Shown: positions 24,514-37,416 of the stretch, in pieces
How positions within the stretch are numbered: the first letter of the stretch is position 1
Layout: each line of letters opens with the position of its first letter
NCBI GenBank assembly: GCA_951406725.2
Contig: OX597827.1
Location: 51,956,001 to 52,020,000 of the forward strand
Reading direction: 5' to 3'
DNA: 64,000 nucleotides
Source of the DNA: Octopus vulgaris
Taxonomy: Eukaryota
Translations under genes and position numbers: made by a program
Notes under the pieces: generated by a model
What the model was told of the DNA's origin: nothing
The model's input: only the letters and a program-made list of their open reading frames with translations
Database searches by the model: none

Positions 24514-24659
24514 TAAGAGAAAAACATGTAATAATTGAAGTAGAAAAAACATCATTTTTATACAGGAAGTTCTGTTTGTTTATTAGATGATAATAATGAG
24601 ATGCATGTGTTATTTTATTTATCAATGCAGTAATTACAATTATATAATACCGTTCATTG

Positions 24660-24747
<88 letters not shown>

Positions 24748-25395
24748 CTACATGATGGCTGCCCCCTCGTTATCGAGTATGGCCATTGCATGAAGCTTAA
24801 CTGTTATTGGTGCTGTGATCGAATGTGACTTTTATTTGCTTTTTAAGGCTACAGCCAGCCATTCAGTTGAGACTCACAGCACCATCAACAATCATGAACA
24901 ATGTTGTTATCGTGCAATGCCTGTGCAAGAAGATTTTTTTTAAGTGAGGAAAGGCTGTGCACTAAGTCAATCCCACTCACTAAGCAACAGCAGCCATAAT
25001 CCGAAAAGAACAAGTCAGCATCATCGGTAACCACTGAGCCGCAGGTTTTATGTCGGAGTTATCCTAGTTACCTGAGTTACCTTCTCCTAGAAGGATGCCC
25101 TAACAAAAGCTAGGAGTCCTTCACTCCCAATGGTTTAACCGCGCGATCGGGTATTCACTCCGATTATTTCTATGTCCCCGCGCATGAAACAGCCTTAAGC
25201 CTTAAGAGAAAAAAAATTACACATTTATTGGATGGCCGTTGATTCTCAAGAGTTCCTCCGCACTTTGACGGGTTTTGTTTTTCATTCCGCAGGGTGTCTA
25301 ATGAATACATTCATGCATGCATACATACATACATACATACATACATACATACATACATACATGTGCATATATGGATATTTATTTGTGTATATGTG

Positions 25396-26130
25396 TATCA
25401 AATTGTTGGATCAGGTGATGAAAGTTACGGAGAGAGTCATAGCCCAACTAATTAGGGGCAAAATTGGACTAGATGTGATGCAGTTTGGTTTTGTGACAGG
25501 GAGAGGTAACACTGATGCTATATTTCGGTTAAGGTAGCTGCAGGAGAAATACATAGCCAAAGATAAAACTCTGTATTTAGCTTTTGATTACTTGGAGAAA
25601 CCTTTTGACAGGGTGCCTCAATCCCTTATCTGGTGGTCAATGCGTAAATTAGAGATAGACGAGTGGCTGGTGAGAGCCATACAAGCCATGTACAGAGACG
25701 CTTCTAGTAAGGTGAGGGTTGGCAACGGGTATAGCGAAGACTTCAGAGTACAAGTAGGGGTGCTCCAAGGATCGGTCTTAAGCCCCCTCTTGTTCATCTT
25801 AGTCCTCCAAGCAATAACAGAGGAATTTAAGAAAGGCTGCCCCTGGGAGCTCCTTTATGCTGATGACCTTGCTCTTACAGCTGAATCACTACCAGAACTA
25901 GAGATGTTTCAGTTATGGAAGCAGGGTCTAGAATCGAAGGGCCTTAGAGTTAACCTAAAAAAATCTTAGTAAGCAGGAAGGCAGACAAATCACAAGTCCC
26001 TTCAGGTAGATGGCCCTGCTCGATTTGTAGAAAAGGTGTACGAAGTAACTCTGTAAGATTCACTCGGTGTAAGTTTTGGACACAAAAAGGTGCAGCAACA
26101 TCAGGGGAAGGTTAACAGGGAAAACAGCTT
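25396..26130 (+). mobile_element. RTE-clade LINE reverse transcriptase fragment
   Basis: QFGFVTGRGNTDAIF, EKPFDRVP, GVLQGSVLSPLLF, LLYADDLAL, GLRVN; stops and frameshifts. Confidence 0.85.
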
Positions 26131-26999
26131 TGTAAACATTGTAAACATTGTAAACATTGTAATCTTGGAGTCATCATGGAAACAAGGATACATGCTCAAT
26201 GACTTCGGATCATTGAGTCTGGATGCTGTAGCCATTAGCGAAATCGCTCGATGACCTTCTGCCGACGCTTCCTCTGTGGCATAGTAGTGCTGTTTCGGAG
26301 AGGCCTGGACCTAGAGGTTTATATGGTCCTGAACTAAGGGCAACAGGCCCGAGCGTTCGATGATGAACCGTTCCGAAAGGCATCCGTTTATTTTGAATAC
26401 GGTGTTCGGTACTGGACCGTTCCATCAGACTGTTGGCCTTTTACACCTCAGCTGGAGCGGACAGGTCAGATTCCTGTAGACGTCAAGAGACATTCCTAAG
26501 AACATCACGTTCATAAGTGGGCGATTGAAGTGGGATTTGGAACGCGCGCAGACATTGCGTGGATGTAGATAACAGAAAACAAACACTTCCAACTGATTGA
26601 CAGATTTTGTCTTGACTTCCCGAATAAGCCAATGTGCAATTAATATAACAACAGTGGAGTATCCAGGTAGATGTGAGGGCGCGTGGCTTAGTGGTTAGGG
26701 CATTCGGCTCATGATCGTAAGGTTGTGAGTTCGATTCCCGGCGACGCGTTGTGTCCTTGAGCAAGACACTTTATTTCACGTTGCTCCAGTCCACTCAGCT
26801 GGCAAAAATGAGTTGTACTTGTATTTCAAAGGGTCAGCCTTGTCACTCTCTGTGTCACGCTGATTATCCCCGAGAACTACGTTAAGGGTACACGTGTCTG
26901 TGGAATGCTCAGCCATTTGCACGTTAATTTCACGAGCAAGCTGTTCCGTTGATCGTATCAGCTGGGACCCTCGTCGTCGTAACCGGCGGAGTCTTTTAA

Positions 27000-28560
27000 T
27001 CCAGGTAGATAGAATTTTCGTTAGGTTATCAAAAATGATTAGCGAAAGTGGTCCACAATTTCTGATCGTGGGTTATACTGACAATACTCCCGTGAAATGT
27101 ACGGTCAACTTTGAACAGACTAATAGACAGGGACACAGCTACTGGAAACTGGATGCGATCTTCCAGTGTGAAAAGATTTCAGAGACCGGATTTTCGAAGG
27201 CATTAAGTGGGAGTTAACAAATGACATCATCAACAATAGGTGAAACATTAGAATAGCAAAAAATTAGCATCGGTTTGATTTGATGAAGCAATCGCTGGAA
27301 GAATATAACAAAGTACAGAAAGAATTAACCGTTTAGAAGAGACTCATAGAAGGGGTATTACAAACGACTTCATAGCAGTCAGAATGGTACTCTCGATTAT
27401 TTCTTTAATGTGAAATACGAAGAATGTGTTGTCCAAGCTAAGGCGCGTACGCTGAAACACGTATGTACAAAAGCCGTTCAATCAGTCTGGATGGCGGAAG
27501 CGCAGTTTAGCAAGAAAACCAAAATTCGTTATACAACAGAGCGCTGCAGGAGCCTGCTCTCCGACTGATGAGTACGGTTTTGCAGCAGCTCTTGGCCAAA
27601 CTTTTTCTAGACGATCATCAGGCTAGAGACGAGGTGCTTTGATGTCTACTTTGACGGTTTATTGATACTGTCGAGCAGAGAGGTAGAGAGTTCCGAAAAA
27701 TTTATTTCTACAGACGGAGTGGCGAACGTGCTGAGCAGCTGTGCGAAGTGCATATTGCCGAGATTGGATGGTCTGCCGTATCTCTTGATGTCAGACTTGT
27801 TAGCTCCTGTCCCGACTGTCTTCTACTGCAGCTCTCATCAGAATGGAAGCATTCTCAGTCGACTTAATCGGAGGGTGGCGACTTTGTTAAGGAAGGATAC
27901 GAGCAAGTGGGATATGATTAAACATTTCAGGCCCATCTGCTCATCACAGATTTAAATATTTTGGTAAAGGTGCTCACCAAGAGCCTGACGTTTGTTGACG
28001 GTTGTGTAGTCAGAGAAGCGAAAACTTGTGTCATCCCCGGCAAATCTATCCAAGACAACCTTTACCTCATGCGTTACATCATTGACTAGGTACAGAATAG
28101 ATCCGACAGAGCTGACCATCGCTACCAGGCAGCTGTCCCGAGAGCAGCCGGTTTCGGTCAAGTCTTTAGAGACTGGATCGCTACAAATTACTGCGGTATC
28201 TATTCCTTAGTCAAACTAAACGACCGCCTTTCGGAACGGTTCAGCATCGAAAATTCGAGCCTGTCTTCTCTCTCCTGTATGTTTTGGCATCTGATCTACT
28301 GCTGCCGAGGATGGAAAGTTTGAAGAACATCTTTCTTGAACTGGGTCACAGGGGAGCTGTGTCTGCTTCCGTAGACGAAATCACTGTAATGGCGTCGGGC
28401 GCTTCGGAAATACAAGCGGTCTACACAATACTAGAGGAATACCATTGTTATCCCGGAATACACATTAAGCATGACAAGTTGCTTGACTTGCAACTCGGCT
28501 CGTTGAGAGACAAATTCATGCCGGGCAAAGCTGATTTCTGTCGCAGGACTGAAGACCTTT
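27000..28560 (+). mobile_element. Highly decayed Tx1/L1-like LINE ORF2 remnant
   Basis: GHSYWKLDA, PRLDGLPY, TLLRKD..KHFRPIC and IPGKSIQDNL motifs across frames. Confidence 0.6.
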
Positions 28561-28730
28561 AAAGAATTTTTAGTCGAATGAATTGACCCCAGTTATTCAT
28601 TTTTTTTAAAGCTTGGTACTTATTCTATCCATCCCCTATGACCAAACCGCTAAGTTATGGGGCGTAAACAAATCAACACTGGTTGTCAAGTGGTGGTGGG
28701 GTACAAACACAGACACAAAGACACACACAA

Positions 28731-28781
<51 letters not shown>

Positions 28782-28953
28782 TATATATAAGGTTAGTAGA
28801 GTTAGAGGTTGGAATTACCGTCTAAGGGATAAAAATATCCGTTATACTACCGATATAATTACCTATGTTAATTCTGGACATGCATACGCAAGCATATTAT
28901 GCTCATAGGTTACAGGCAATGACAAAGATAAATATGAGTTTATCTGGAATCAA

Positions 28954-29609
28954 ATTTAAAGTAAACAGAAAATGGAGTAATATTAATCAACAAAAATTGA
29001 CTAATATCAATTATTACTTTTTAATACAACTATACTGTATCCCATCTAACGGCTGTTTCTGCCTCCAATGTTCTACGGTATTGCCATTGAAACTTCTGAA
29101 AATAATACTCATCATATTTGGTAATATATCCGATCTGGAACATGGAGCTTCATCATAGGGAAGAAAAATACATACATAAAAGAAGAGAAAAGAAGAAGAG
29201 CCTCGAGATGAAGATGGAAGGCTTAATATACGTAAATCATACCATTTTGCATATGTGTCGATTCAGGACGTTAAGTAAATGACTAAACTTAAAATAGTAA
29301 TTGGTATGATTTAAATATATTAAGCCTTTCATCTTCTCCTCGAGGCTCTTCTTTTCTTTTCTTTTCGTTTCTTTTCTTTTCTTTTACGTATGAAGTTTTA
29401 TTCACTCCGATGAAGATCCATCTTACAGATCGATTTTATTACCAAATATGATGAATATTATTTTCAGAAGTTTCAATGGCAATACCGTAGAACATTGGAA
29501 GCAGAAACAGCTGTTAGATGGGATACAGTTTATTTATATTAAAAAGTAATGATTGATGTTAATCAGTTGTTGTTGATCAATATTTCTCCATTTTCTGTTT
29601 ACTTTAAAT
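28954..29609. repeat. Diverged fold-back element, ~290-bp arms, next to (TA)n
   Basis: 28954-29246 is an imperfect reverse complement of 29299-29609. The right arm has GAAAC agct GTT. Confidence 0.8.
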
Positions 29610-29612
29610 ATA

Positions 29613-29665
<53 letters not shown>

Positions 29666-30869
29666 GACGGGTTTCTTTCAGTTTCCGTCCACCTAATCCA
29701 CTCTCAAGGTTTTGACCGTCCCGACGCTCTAGTAGAAGACACTTACCCGAGGTGCCACTCAGTGGTACTGAACCTAGAACTATATGGTTGGGAAACAACC
29801 TTCTTGCCACACACATTACATATGTACATAAATATATATGTATGTAAATACATATAATTTTACCGTATGCCTTGGAAACCAATAAAAAAAGGACTTTTAG
29901 AGGAAACGTGTGAACCAGCTGAAAAGCCATTATTGTCAGCGGGCTTACACGGCGCTAGTACATTATTCGAGTATTTCTACATGTCTCTGTGTTGGATAAC
30001 AATTGACTCTATCAAGAAGATATATGAATACATACATACATACATACATACATACATACATACATACATACATACATACATACATACATACATACATACA
30101 TACATACATACATACATACATACATACATGTATAAAGTGAAAAAAATAACTCCTGTATTTACGAAAGCAATGCAAAAGATTTAGTTCACATGAAAGAGCG
30201 TAAACAGTTGAGAATCAATCTCCGAATTAAGCCATCGTTTAATAGTGATAGTTATATCAGTGACACCAGAATCTATTGCTATGATCATATACAGCTATGA
30301 TCCTTACAAACCACTTCTACCGTCTTTTGACATGACCTACCACTCGAATTGCTACATATATTCTTTTACTGTTTCTATTCCTTTTGGTTTTAGTCATTGG
30401 ATTACAGCCATGATAGAGAATCGCCTTCAGTATTTTCGTGAATAATATCAAATGTTGTGCATATTTCAGTTTGGTGTTTTACTAAACTAGCAAGCTGGAA
30501 GAATCGTTAGAGCGTCGAACAAAATGCTTAGTAATATTTAATCCCGGTTCTTTAAAATTCTAAATTCTGTTTATCGTACTACCAAGTAACAGGTCATAAA
30601 GGAGCACAACATAAATACTACGTCGTTGTAAGCAAAAGTCTCAGGCTCAAGGTGCAACCTAAAGGGCTTGAACTTGATACTATATGATTGCGAGGCGAAA
30701 TCTTAACCATTCGGGTAATCTTTGATAGATTCAGTAATTACAATTTGAGAAAGGGGTTAAGAACTAATAACAGTAAAAGCTTGATTCTTTGGGTGCTTCA
30801 TTAAGAATTAAAACAATCACAAATAGTCGCCATCAGATAATGTTTCGAAGGTAGTAATATACAGTCTCA

Positions 30870-31240
30870 GATACGAGGATTCCGAAAGATCTTTGGTATG
30901 AGGAACTGGCCTCTGGTAAAAGAACAAAAGGACGACCGCATCTACGTTTACGAGGAAATCAAGGAGTCTCTTTACATGAATATTGAAGAGCGTCGCGTCC
31001 GTTGGAGACTGGAACTAAACAACGGTTTAAACGAGATTATGATAAGCAAAATCTTCGGGAAAACAGCACTAGGGGAAGAATGGCCTTCGAAAATAGCTAC
31101 TGCAACTGAAACTATCACTCACATGAAGGTTTCACTCATATGCTCACTGCAGATGCTGCTTTGCCAACAAGACCGAAATAAGACTTTTCAGGCGCATGTC
31201 CATGGTCTCGCAAGACGAAAGTCTACATGGTGCTCAGCGT
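30870..31240 (+). mobile_element. RTE (BovB-like) LINE 3' remnant
   Basis: RIPKDL..EELASGKRTKGRPHLRL resembles the RTE ORF C-terminus. Confidence 0.5.
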
Positions 31241-31546
31241 TCTGAGAAATGATAAATTTTAATTTTAAGTTGGTTCAAATTCTCATTAGATTGAGCAATG
31301 TAAATTAAATTAAATGACTTCAAAGGTAAAATGGATTAAGCCTTGTCACAACTTCAACTTGTCAGAAACTTACGAATTCTTACGAAATCGCTCGACTAGA
31401 AAACAATGATATTGATCACAACCACAATAGAAATGACATCAATAAACAACAATAATTACTTCTGTTACGCAATCATCACGCCAAAACCAAAAAACTTTCA
31501 GATAACAATACTTGTGTCAAATAAGCAGAATAGGCAACTGACTTAC

Positions 31547-32348
31547 CTAATGAAAAATGGTCCCGTTTGCCCCATCCAGGTGCTCTTTTGCCCCATCCAG
31601 GCGCTCTTTTGCCCCATCCAGGAGCTCTTTTACCCCATCCGGGTGCTCTTTTGCCCCATCCAGGTGCTCTTCTCTGAAATTCCAGGTCTCCTAATTCAGG
31701 TGTTGTTATTTCGAACTCTCTTTTCCTCAAAACAGGGGCACGTTTACCCCAGCCAGGTGCACGTTTACCCCATCCAGGTGCTCGTTTTCCCCATCCAGGT
31801 GCACGCTTTCCCCATCCAGGGGCTCTTTTTTCGGTCTCAGTGGCGAGATTTAAGTTAGAGAGATCAGATTTCGACGACAGCTCTTCGGTGATATCATTGC
31901 CTTCTGTTTCTTCCGTTTCGTCATTGCCTGAACTCTGTTTGATAACAAATAGTTGCCCAACTTCTCCGTCTTGGTTCCCAGTGAAAACTTCTTCAGGTTT
32001 AGCATCGTAGCTGTTGAAATCAATGGAAGAAAAGTCGTTGGGATATGAGTCCAGTTCAGAAGGAATGGGAGCCAATGCCGAAATCGATGCATGAGCTTGC
32101 TGTTGTGATTGTTTTCCATTGTAACGATGTACGTGATGTTGGTCAGAGTGCTGGCTAGCGTCAACGGATCTTTTGCCTCGCTTCACATCTGTCTTGAGTT
32201 CGATCGTTGTGCTATCCGATCCTGCAACAGCGTTATTTGTCGTTGATGTCAGCGAATAAGCAATCAGTATTAGCGCCGTATACCAGAAAATCTTCGCACT
32301 AGCAAATCGAGCATAGTTTCGAATTCCTACGATAGCCGTCAACATCAT
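31547..32348 (-). CDS. APGWa: APGWamide neuropeptide precursor (main coding exon)
   Basis: Hydrophobic signal region (IFWYTALILIAYSL), KRGKR site, acidic spacer, nine APGW-G-KR units (4+5) and one APVL-RKR variant. Consensus donor TTAG|GTAAGT at 31547/31546; unspliced, the ORF would run to 31476. Confidence 0.95.
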
Positions 32349-32600
32349 ACTAAAAATTAATATTATTTTGTTTTCTTTCGGAGAAGAAGAGAGTACGTTT
32401 CAAAAAGAATTTTTTTTAAATATTAGTCTTTTTTTTTTTCGCTCTCTTTCTTACTCCCCAATTAAATGCAGTCAGTAAATTTTCTTTTTCGATGCAACGA
32501 GACACGATATAAATTAAAGAACATTCGATGATATCGTTTCTTCACTTCAGATTCTGCTCGCTTGCAACTTTCGGTTTCTTACTAACAATTATTTCGAAAC

Positions 32601-32636
32601 CAATGAGTAAAAAATTTACTCAAACCTTCTTATATA
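32601..32636 (-). promoter_or_regulatory. Core promoter of the APGWamide gene (TATA plus initiator)
   Basis: Minus-strand TATATAAG starts at 32636 and Inr-like TCATTG has its A at 32604, 32 nt apart, 256 nt upstream of the ATG. Confidence 0.55.
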
Positions 32637-32810
32637 AGTACTACAGAAATCAAGTGTTCAGCAAAGTTGACAGAACAAGCAAACGCTTATTATCTAAACA
32701 GTGCGGAAACGACACGCCCATTCCATGAAAGTCTTTCATCATAATATGGTGACTCCTTAAACTTATGTCGAGGGCGGTGAAATAGAGGGGGTTGAGACGG
32801 AGGGGGGTGA

Positions 32811-33277
32811 AAGAAGAAGGAGGAGGAGGAGGAGGAGGAGGAGGAGGAGGAAGAAGAAGAAGAAGAAGAAGAAGAAGAAGAAGAAGAAGAAGGGGAGAAT
32901 GGGGGAGGATGGGGTGGAGGAGGAGGTGAAGGAGGAGAAGAAGAAGAAGAAGAAGAAGAAGAAGAAGAAGAAGAAGGGGAGAATGGGAGAGGAGGAGGTG
33001 GAGGAGGAGAAGGAGGAGAAGGAGGAGAAGGAGAAGGAGAAGGAGAAGAAGAAGAAGAAGAAGAAGAAGAAGAAGGGAGAATGGTAGAGGAGGAGGTGGA
33101 GGAGGAGGAGGAGAAGAAGAAGAAGAAGAAGAAGAAGAAGAAGGGAGAATGGGAGAGGAGGAGGTGGAGGAGGATGAGGAAGAAGAAGAAGAAGAAGAAG
33201 AAGAAGAAGAAGAAGAAGAAGAAGGAGGGGAGAATGGGAGAGGAGGAGGTGGAGGAGGAGAAAGAGGAGGAAGAGGA
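32811..33277. repeat. Compound polypurine (GAA/GGA) minisatellite
   Basis: Higher-order unit (GAA)n-GGGAGAATGG-GAGGAGGAGGTGGAGG repeated about five times; almost pure purine on the + strand. Confidence 0.9.
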
Positions 33278-33918
33278 GCATGACGATGACGAATAAGAAA
33301 TATGAGTGGAAGCCCCACCTTCGCAGAGAAGGCATTACCGTTGTCTTGGTGAGACAGTTGTGTGTTACATTTGGGGGGTGGGTGGGGGCATAGGCGTTAT
33401 AATTGTTTGTCCTGGTGGTTGGGACTAAAGCGCAAACCTCAAGAGAGTGGTTGAGAAATATGTTTTTTCAGAACTTGCAATAATACATCTCTGAACTGTT
33501 AGTCTATCAGCTAACTTTCTGTACACATACATGGAGGCGCATGTGTGTACGTGCGTATGTATACAGGCATATATGTCATTAAATTATGCACACATACTTG
33601 CACATAGTTACACCCACACACACAAAGAACATCAAGAATTGTAAAGGTATATATGTATCTGAACATAATTAAATGAAGTTTGTATGTATTGTGAGCATGC
33701 GCGCGCGAACTTTGTGTGCGTTCTCGTGCGTATGTGCTCGCGTGGGTGCGGAGTGTTTTGTATGTGTGTGTATATGTGTAGATATTTACATATGCACACA
33801 CAACACACGCACACATATATACACACACATATATACATAAATACATATGTATATATGTGTATTTAAGCACATGCATAAACACATATATATTCAACCAAAT
33901 GTGTCATTAGAGATATGC

Positions 33919-33965
<47 letters not shown>

Positions 33966-33966
<1 letters not shown>

Positions 33967-34197
33967 TTTATTTTAAGCAGCAGAAAATTCAACAAAATCT
34001 GTTACTTGAGTTTCTCGTTGCCGTTCATCAGACAGTTTTTGCTAGAATTTAGCAAAAACTGTCTGATGAACGGCAACGAGAAACTCAGAGTAACAGATTT
34101 TGTTGAATTTTCTGCTCTTAAAATAAAGCATATTACTCTACCACTGGTATTTGAGTACTCTTTTTTCCACCTTGTTTCACATTTATGTGTTTATTCC

Positions 34198-34200
<3 letters not shown>
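33966..34200. mobile_element. Fold-back element in (TA)n: ~79-bp arms (33966-34128) plus an ~70-nt tail
   Basis: Arms pair around a 5-nt loop (34045-34049) with a few indels; (TA)n on both sides. Confidence 0.85.
34059..34096 (+). ncRNA. Minimal type I hammerhead ribozyme (mirror copy on - at 33999-34035)
   Basis: ctgt CTGATGA a-cg-gcaa-cg-a GAAAC tcaga GTA acag. Helix II is very short and closed by a GNRA loop. Confidence 0.7.
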
Positions 34201-34234
<34 letters not shown>

Positions 34235-34266
34235 CACACACACGAGTATTCACAGACACACACACA

Positions 34267-34298
<32 letters not shown>

Positions 34299-34874
34299 TA
34301 CACACACACACACCCACACATACACACACACACACACCCACATTAATTACTACGACAAGGAAGAGTAGAAAGAGAAAGGAAACGGAAGAGATGTGTCGAT
34401 AGTCATTTCAAGCTCACCGGGACTGACGAATAAAGATTAGAGATTGACGTTTAATGCGGTTCATGTTCATTTTAAACCCCAGAAAGCATGTGAGCAAATG
34501 GAAAATGGAAAACATATACAGGTTTTGAAATAACGAGGGTTTCAATTCTGTGGAAGAGAGAGAAGAAGGAAGATAATGTTTCCAGTCAAAAATCGCAATA
34601 AATCGTTGCCATTATTCCTTTACTTGTTTCAGTCATTAGACTGCAGCCATGCTGGAGCGCCGCCTTGAGGAATTTTAGTCGAACTAATCGACTCCAGTGC
34701 TTATTTTGAACTCAGGTACTTATCCTATTGTTCTCTTTTGCCGAACCGCTAAGTTACAGTGACATAAACACACCATCGCCGGTTGTCAACCGGTGGTGGG
34801 GACAAACACAGATACAAAGACAGACACACATACATATATATAAATACCTATCTAGCTATCTAGCTACCTCTCTC

Positions 34875-34931
<57 letters not shown>

Positions 34932-35869
34932 CAGTCTTCTCTCGGTTTCCGTCAACTAAATTCACTCACAAGGCTTTGGTCAGTCCGAAGATATAGCAGA
35001 AGACACTTCCTCAAGATACCATGCTGTGGGACTGAACCCAGAACCATGTAGATGGGAAGCAAACGTCTTATCACACAGCCACGCGTTAGTTAATCTTTTC
35101 GAGGTTCTTTGTTGCCCGCTCAACCAGCTCCCAAATCCTGTTTCTTTACGGTAAACGTGAGAGAGACAGATTCTCCAACTATCTTTTATTTTCTACTTGT
35201 TTCAGTCATCAGATTGCAACCGTACTGGGGCACCGCTATGAAGAATTTAGTCGAATGAATCGAACCCCGTGCTTTTTTAAAGCATGGTACTTATTCTATC
35301 GATATCTTTAGCCGAACTTTTAAACATGCCATTCAGAAAGTCCCACGGGTCACAGGCAGTCCTTGATTCTGCATAAGATACACAATTTCAGATACATGTC
35401 AAACATTATCTACATCAATTATTACATAAACTATGTCTAATATTCGTTTACAAAATAGCGGCGAGGTGGCAAAATCGTTAGTACGCCCCACGAAATACTT
35501 AGCGGCATTCTCGTCCGTCTTTACGTTCTGAGTTCAAATTCCGCCGGGCTCGACTTTACCTTTCATAGTTCCAGGGTCGATAAAATAAATAGCAGTTAAA
35601 TACTGGGATCGATTTAATCGACTTCGCCCGTCTCCAAGCCTACTGGCCTTGTACCAAAATTCGAAACCAATATTCATTAGCAAAAGTAAGTTTGTCTCTA
35701 TTAAATCTGATAAAATAACTCATTGTTTGTTTAATGTATACAAATTCTATTTGACCGCCACCAACGAACACAAAATAATTCCATGCTATTTCAAATTAAC
35801 AGTTTATGTTATAATCAGGTACCAAAAATGATTCTAATACCAATAACAATAGTAAATAATCGGTGCCAA

Positions 35870-36355
35870 TGACAAGGTAGAGATCGTTTTTGCCATATTC
35901 TGAACGCCTTACTTCTCTGGGCATGGATACATTGAAACTCCGACGTCTGGCAGCTGACTTGGTAGACACCCATAAAATTATTAACCATCTTACAAACAAT
36001 AACTCTGAGCACCTTTTCAAACTCCATCTGTCTAACACCCGTGGACATGTTTACAAAGTCAGAAAACAGCACAGCTCCCATGACTTTCGGGAACATTTTT
36101 TTCACGCTGAGAGTTGCTGAAGCATGGAACAAACTGCCGGCGTCAGTTGTTACTTGTCGGAGCACTGCATCCTTCAAAACTTCCATGCTTCATGAGATTC
36201 GCCAACACTGCACCTGATTTTCTCCCCTCCATACACACGCAAGCATGTATCTGATTCATACACTGTTCACTTTCCAGACAGTTGTACATTACTGCATATG
36301 CTTTATACGCACTTTTGATAAGTTGCGGTGCACCTGAGCACTGTATACAATAATT

Positions 36356-36400
<45 letters not shown>
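35870..36400 (+). mobile_element. CR1-clade LINE 3' end with (ATT)n tail
   Basis: PYSERL..LGMDTLKLRRL..DL...HKII, NTRGH, HFF..RV..AWNKLP, then a 3' UTR and (ATT)n. Confidence 0.85.
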
Positions 36401-36402
<2 letters not shown>

Positions 36403-36878
36403 CAACAGAAGAAACCATTTTTTTTTATTTATACATAAACGTGCGTGCGTTCACGCACACATACACGTACAGATATATATATATATAAATATACTTGTTG
36501 GTGTGATGAAAGGAGCAGTGCCTACGGCTTTGCAGAGCCACCTTCACCAATGTGATCGATGCAATTAATATTCTACTTGAACCTTTGCAATTTGACATCT
36601 GCACGAAAGACATGAGTGGAGTTGGAATTCCAGAGAGCTGACTTTTAGGAAAGAAAGGCTTGAGCGTAGTAATTGGTGCGAGGCCTGGAGAGCTGGATAC
36701 AAGAAAGGTGACATTAGGAGGAGAGATGGGTAGGATGGAGGTGTGGAGGTGACACGAATATCACCGGCTCTGACAGCAGAGCTCAATATATGCATACACA
36801 CACACACACACGTATATGCATGTACACGCGCGCACACAGACATATATACATACATTCAAACATATGTATATTGTGTGT

Positions 36879-36951
<73 letters not shown>

Positions 36952-37063
36952 TCGTCTAAGAGTCCATAAGTCAGGGAAAAATGTACTCGTATATCTGTCA
37001 ATAGATTGGGTATATTATCCGAAGTGTACAGCATAAAATATCCACGCGCATACACACGCACGC

Positions 37064-37158
<95 letters not shown>

Positions 37159-37173
37159 CAGATATATGTATAT

Positions 37174-37416
37174 ATATATTAAAGTTAGATAAGACCGGTT
37201 TGTGGGATTGCCTTAGATTTCACGTCAATAAAGGGTTTAGCATATCTGAAATCCCCAAACCTGTTGACTTAAGGCCTCTCTAGCGAGTAGCCACCCGTTA
37301 GAGAGGCCTTAAGTCAACATCTTTTGGGAGCTCATGATACGCCATAAAGCTAAATCTTTTATGAACGTGAAATCTAAGGCATTCCCATAAACCGGCCTTA
37401 TCTAACTTTAATATAT
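37174..37416. repeat. Diverged fold-back element, ~110-bp arms
   Basis: atatattaaagttagataag...tgttgacttaaggcctctcta / tagagaggccttaagtcaaca...cttatctaactttaatatat; adjacent to TA/CA tracts. Confidence 0.8.

Noticed and set aside
26672-26760. tRNA genes (also at about 17720-17790 and 41550-41620)
   Set aside because: A/B boxes are present, but there is no complete cloverleaf and they run into repeat bodies, so they are SINE heads.
27565-27600. Isolated CTGATGA/CTGACGA heptamers (also at 1082, 25860 and 34423)
   Set aside because: No downstream helix II-GAAA-NUH arrangement; two lie in coding sequence.
31563-31823. 21-bp repeat array as a CRISPR-like locus
   Set aside because: Contiguous coding repeats without spacers in a eukaryotic neuropeptide gene; no cas genes.
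31406-31858. Plus-strand ORF with (CPIQVLF)-like repeats
   Set aside because: Antisense reading of the 21-bp APGWGKR repeats.
32811-33277. The GAA/GGA tract as the direct target of the neighbouring zinc-finger protein
   Set aside because: The predicted site is only approximate and needs an NCG triplet absent from the tract; proximity is not evidence.
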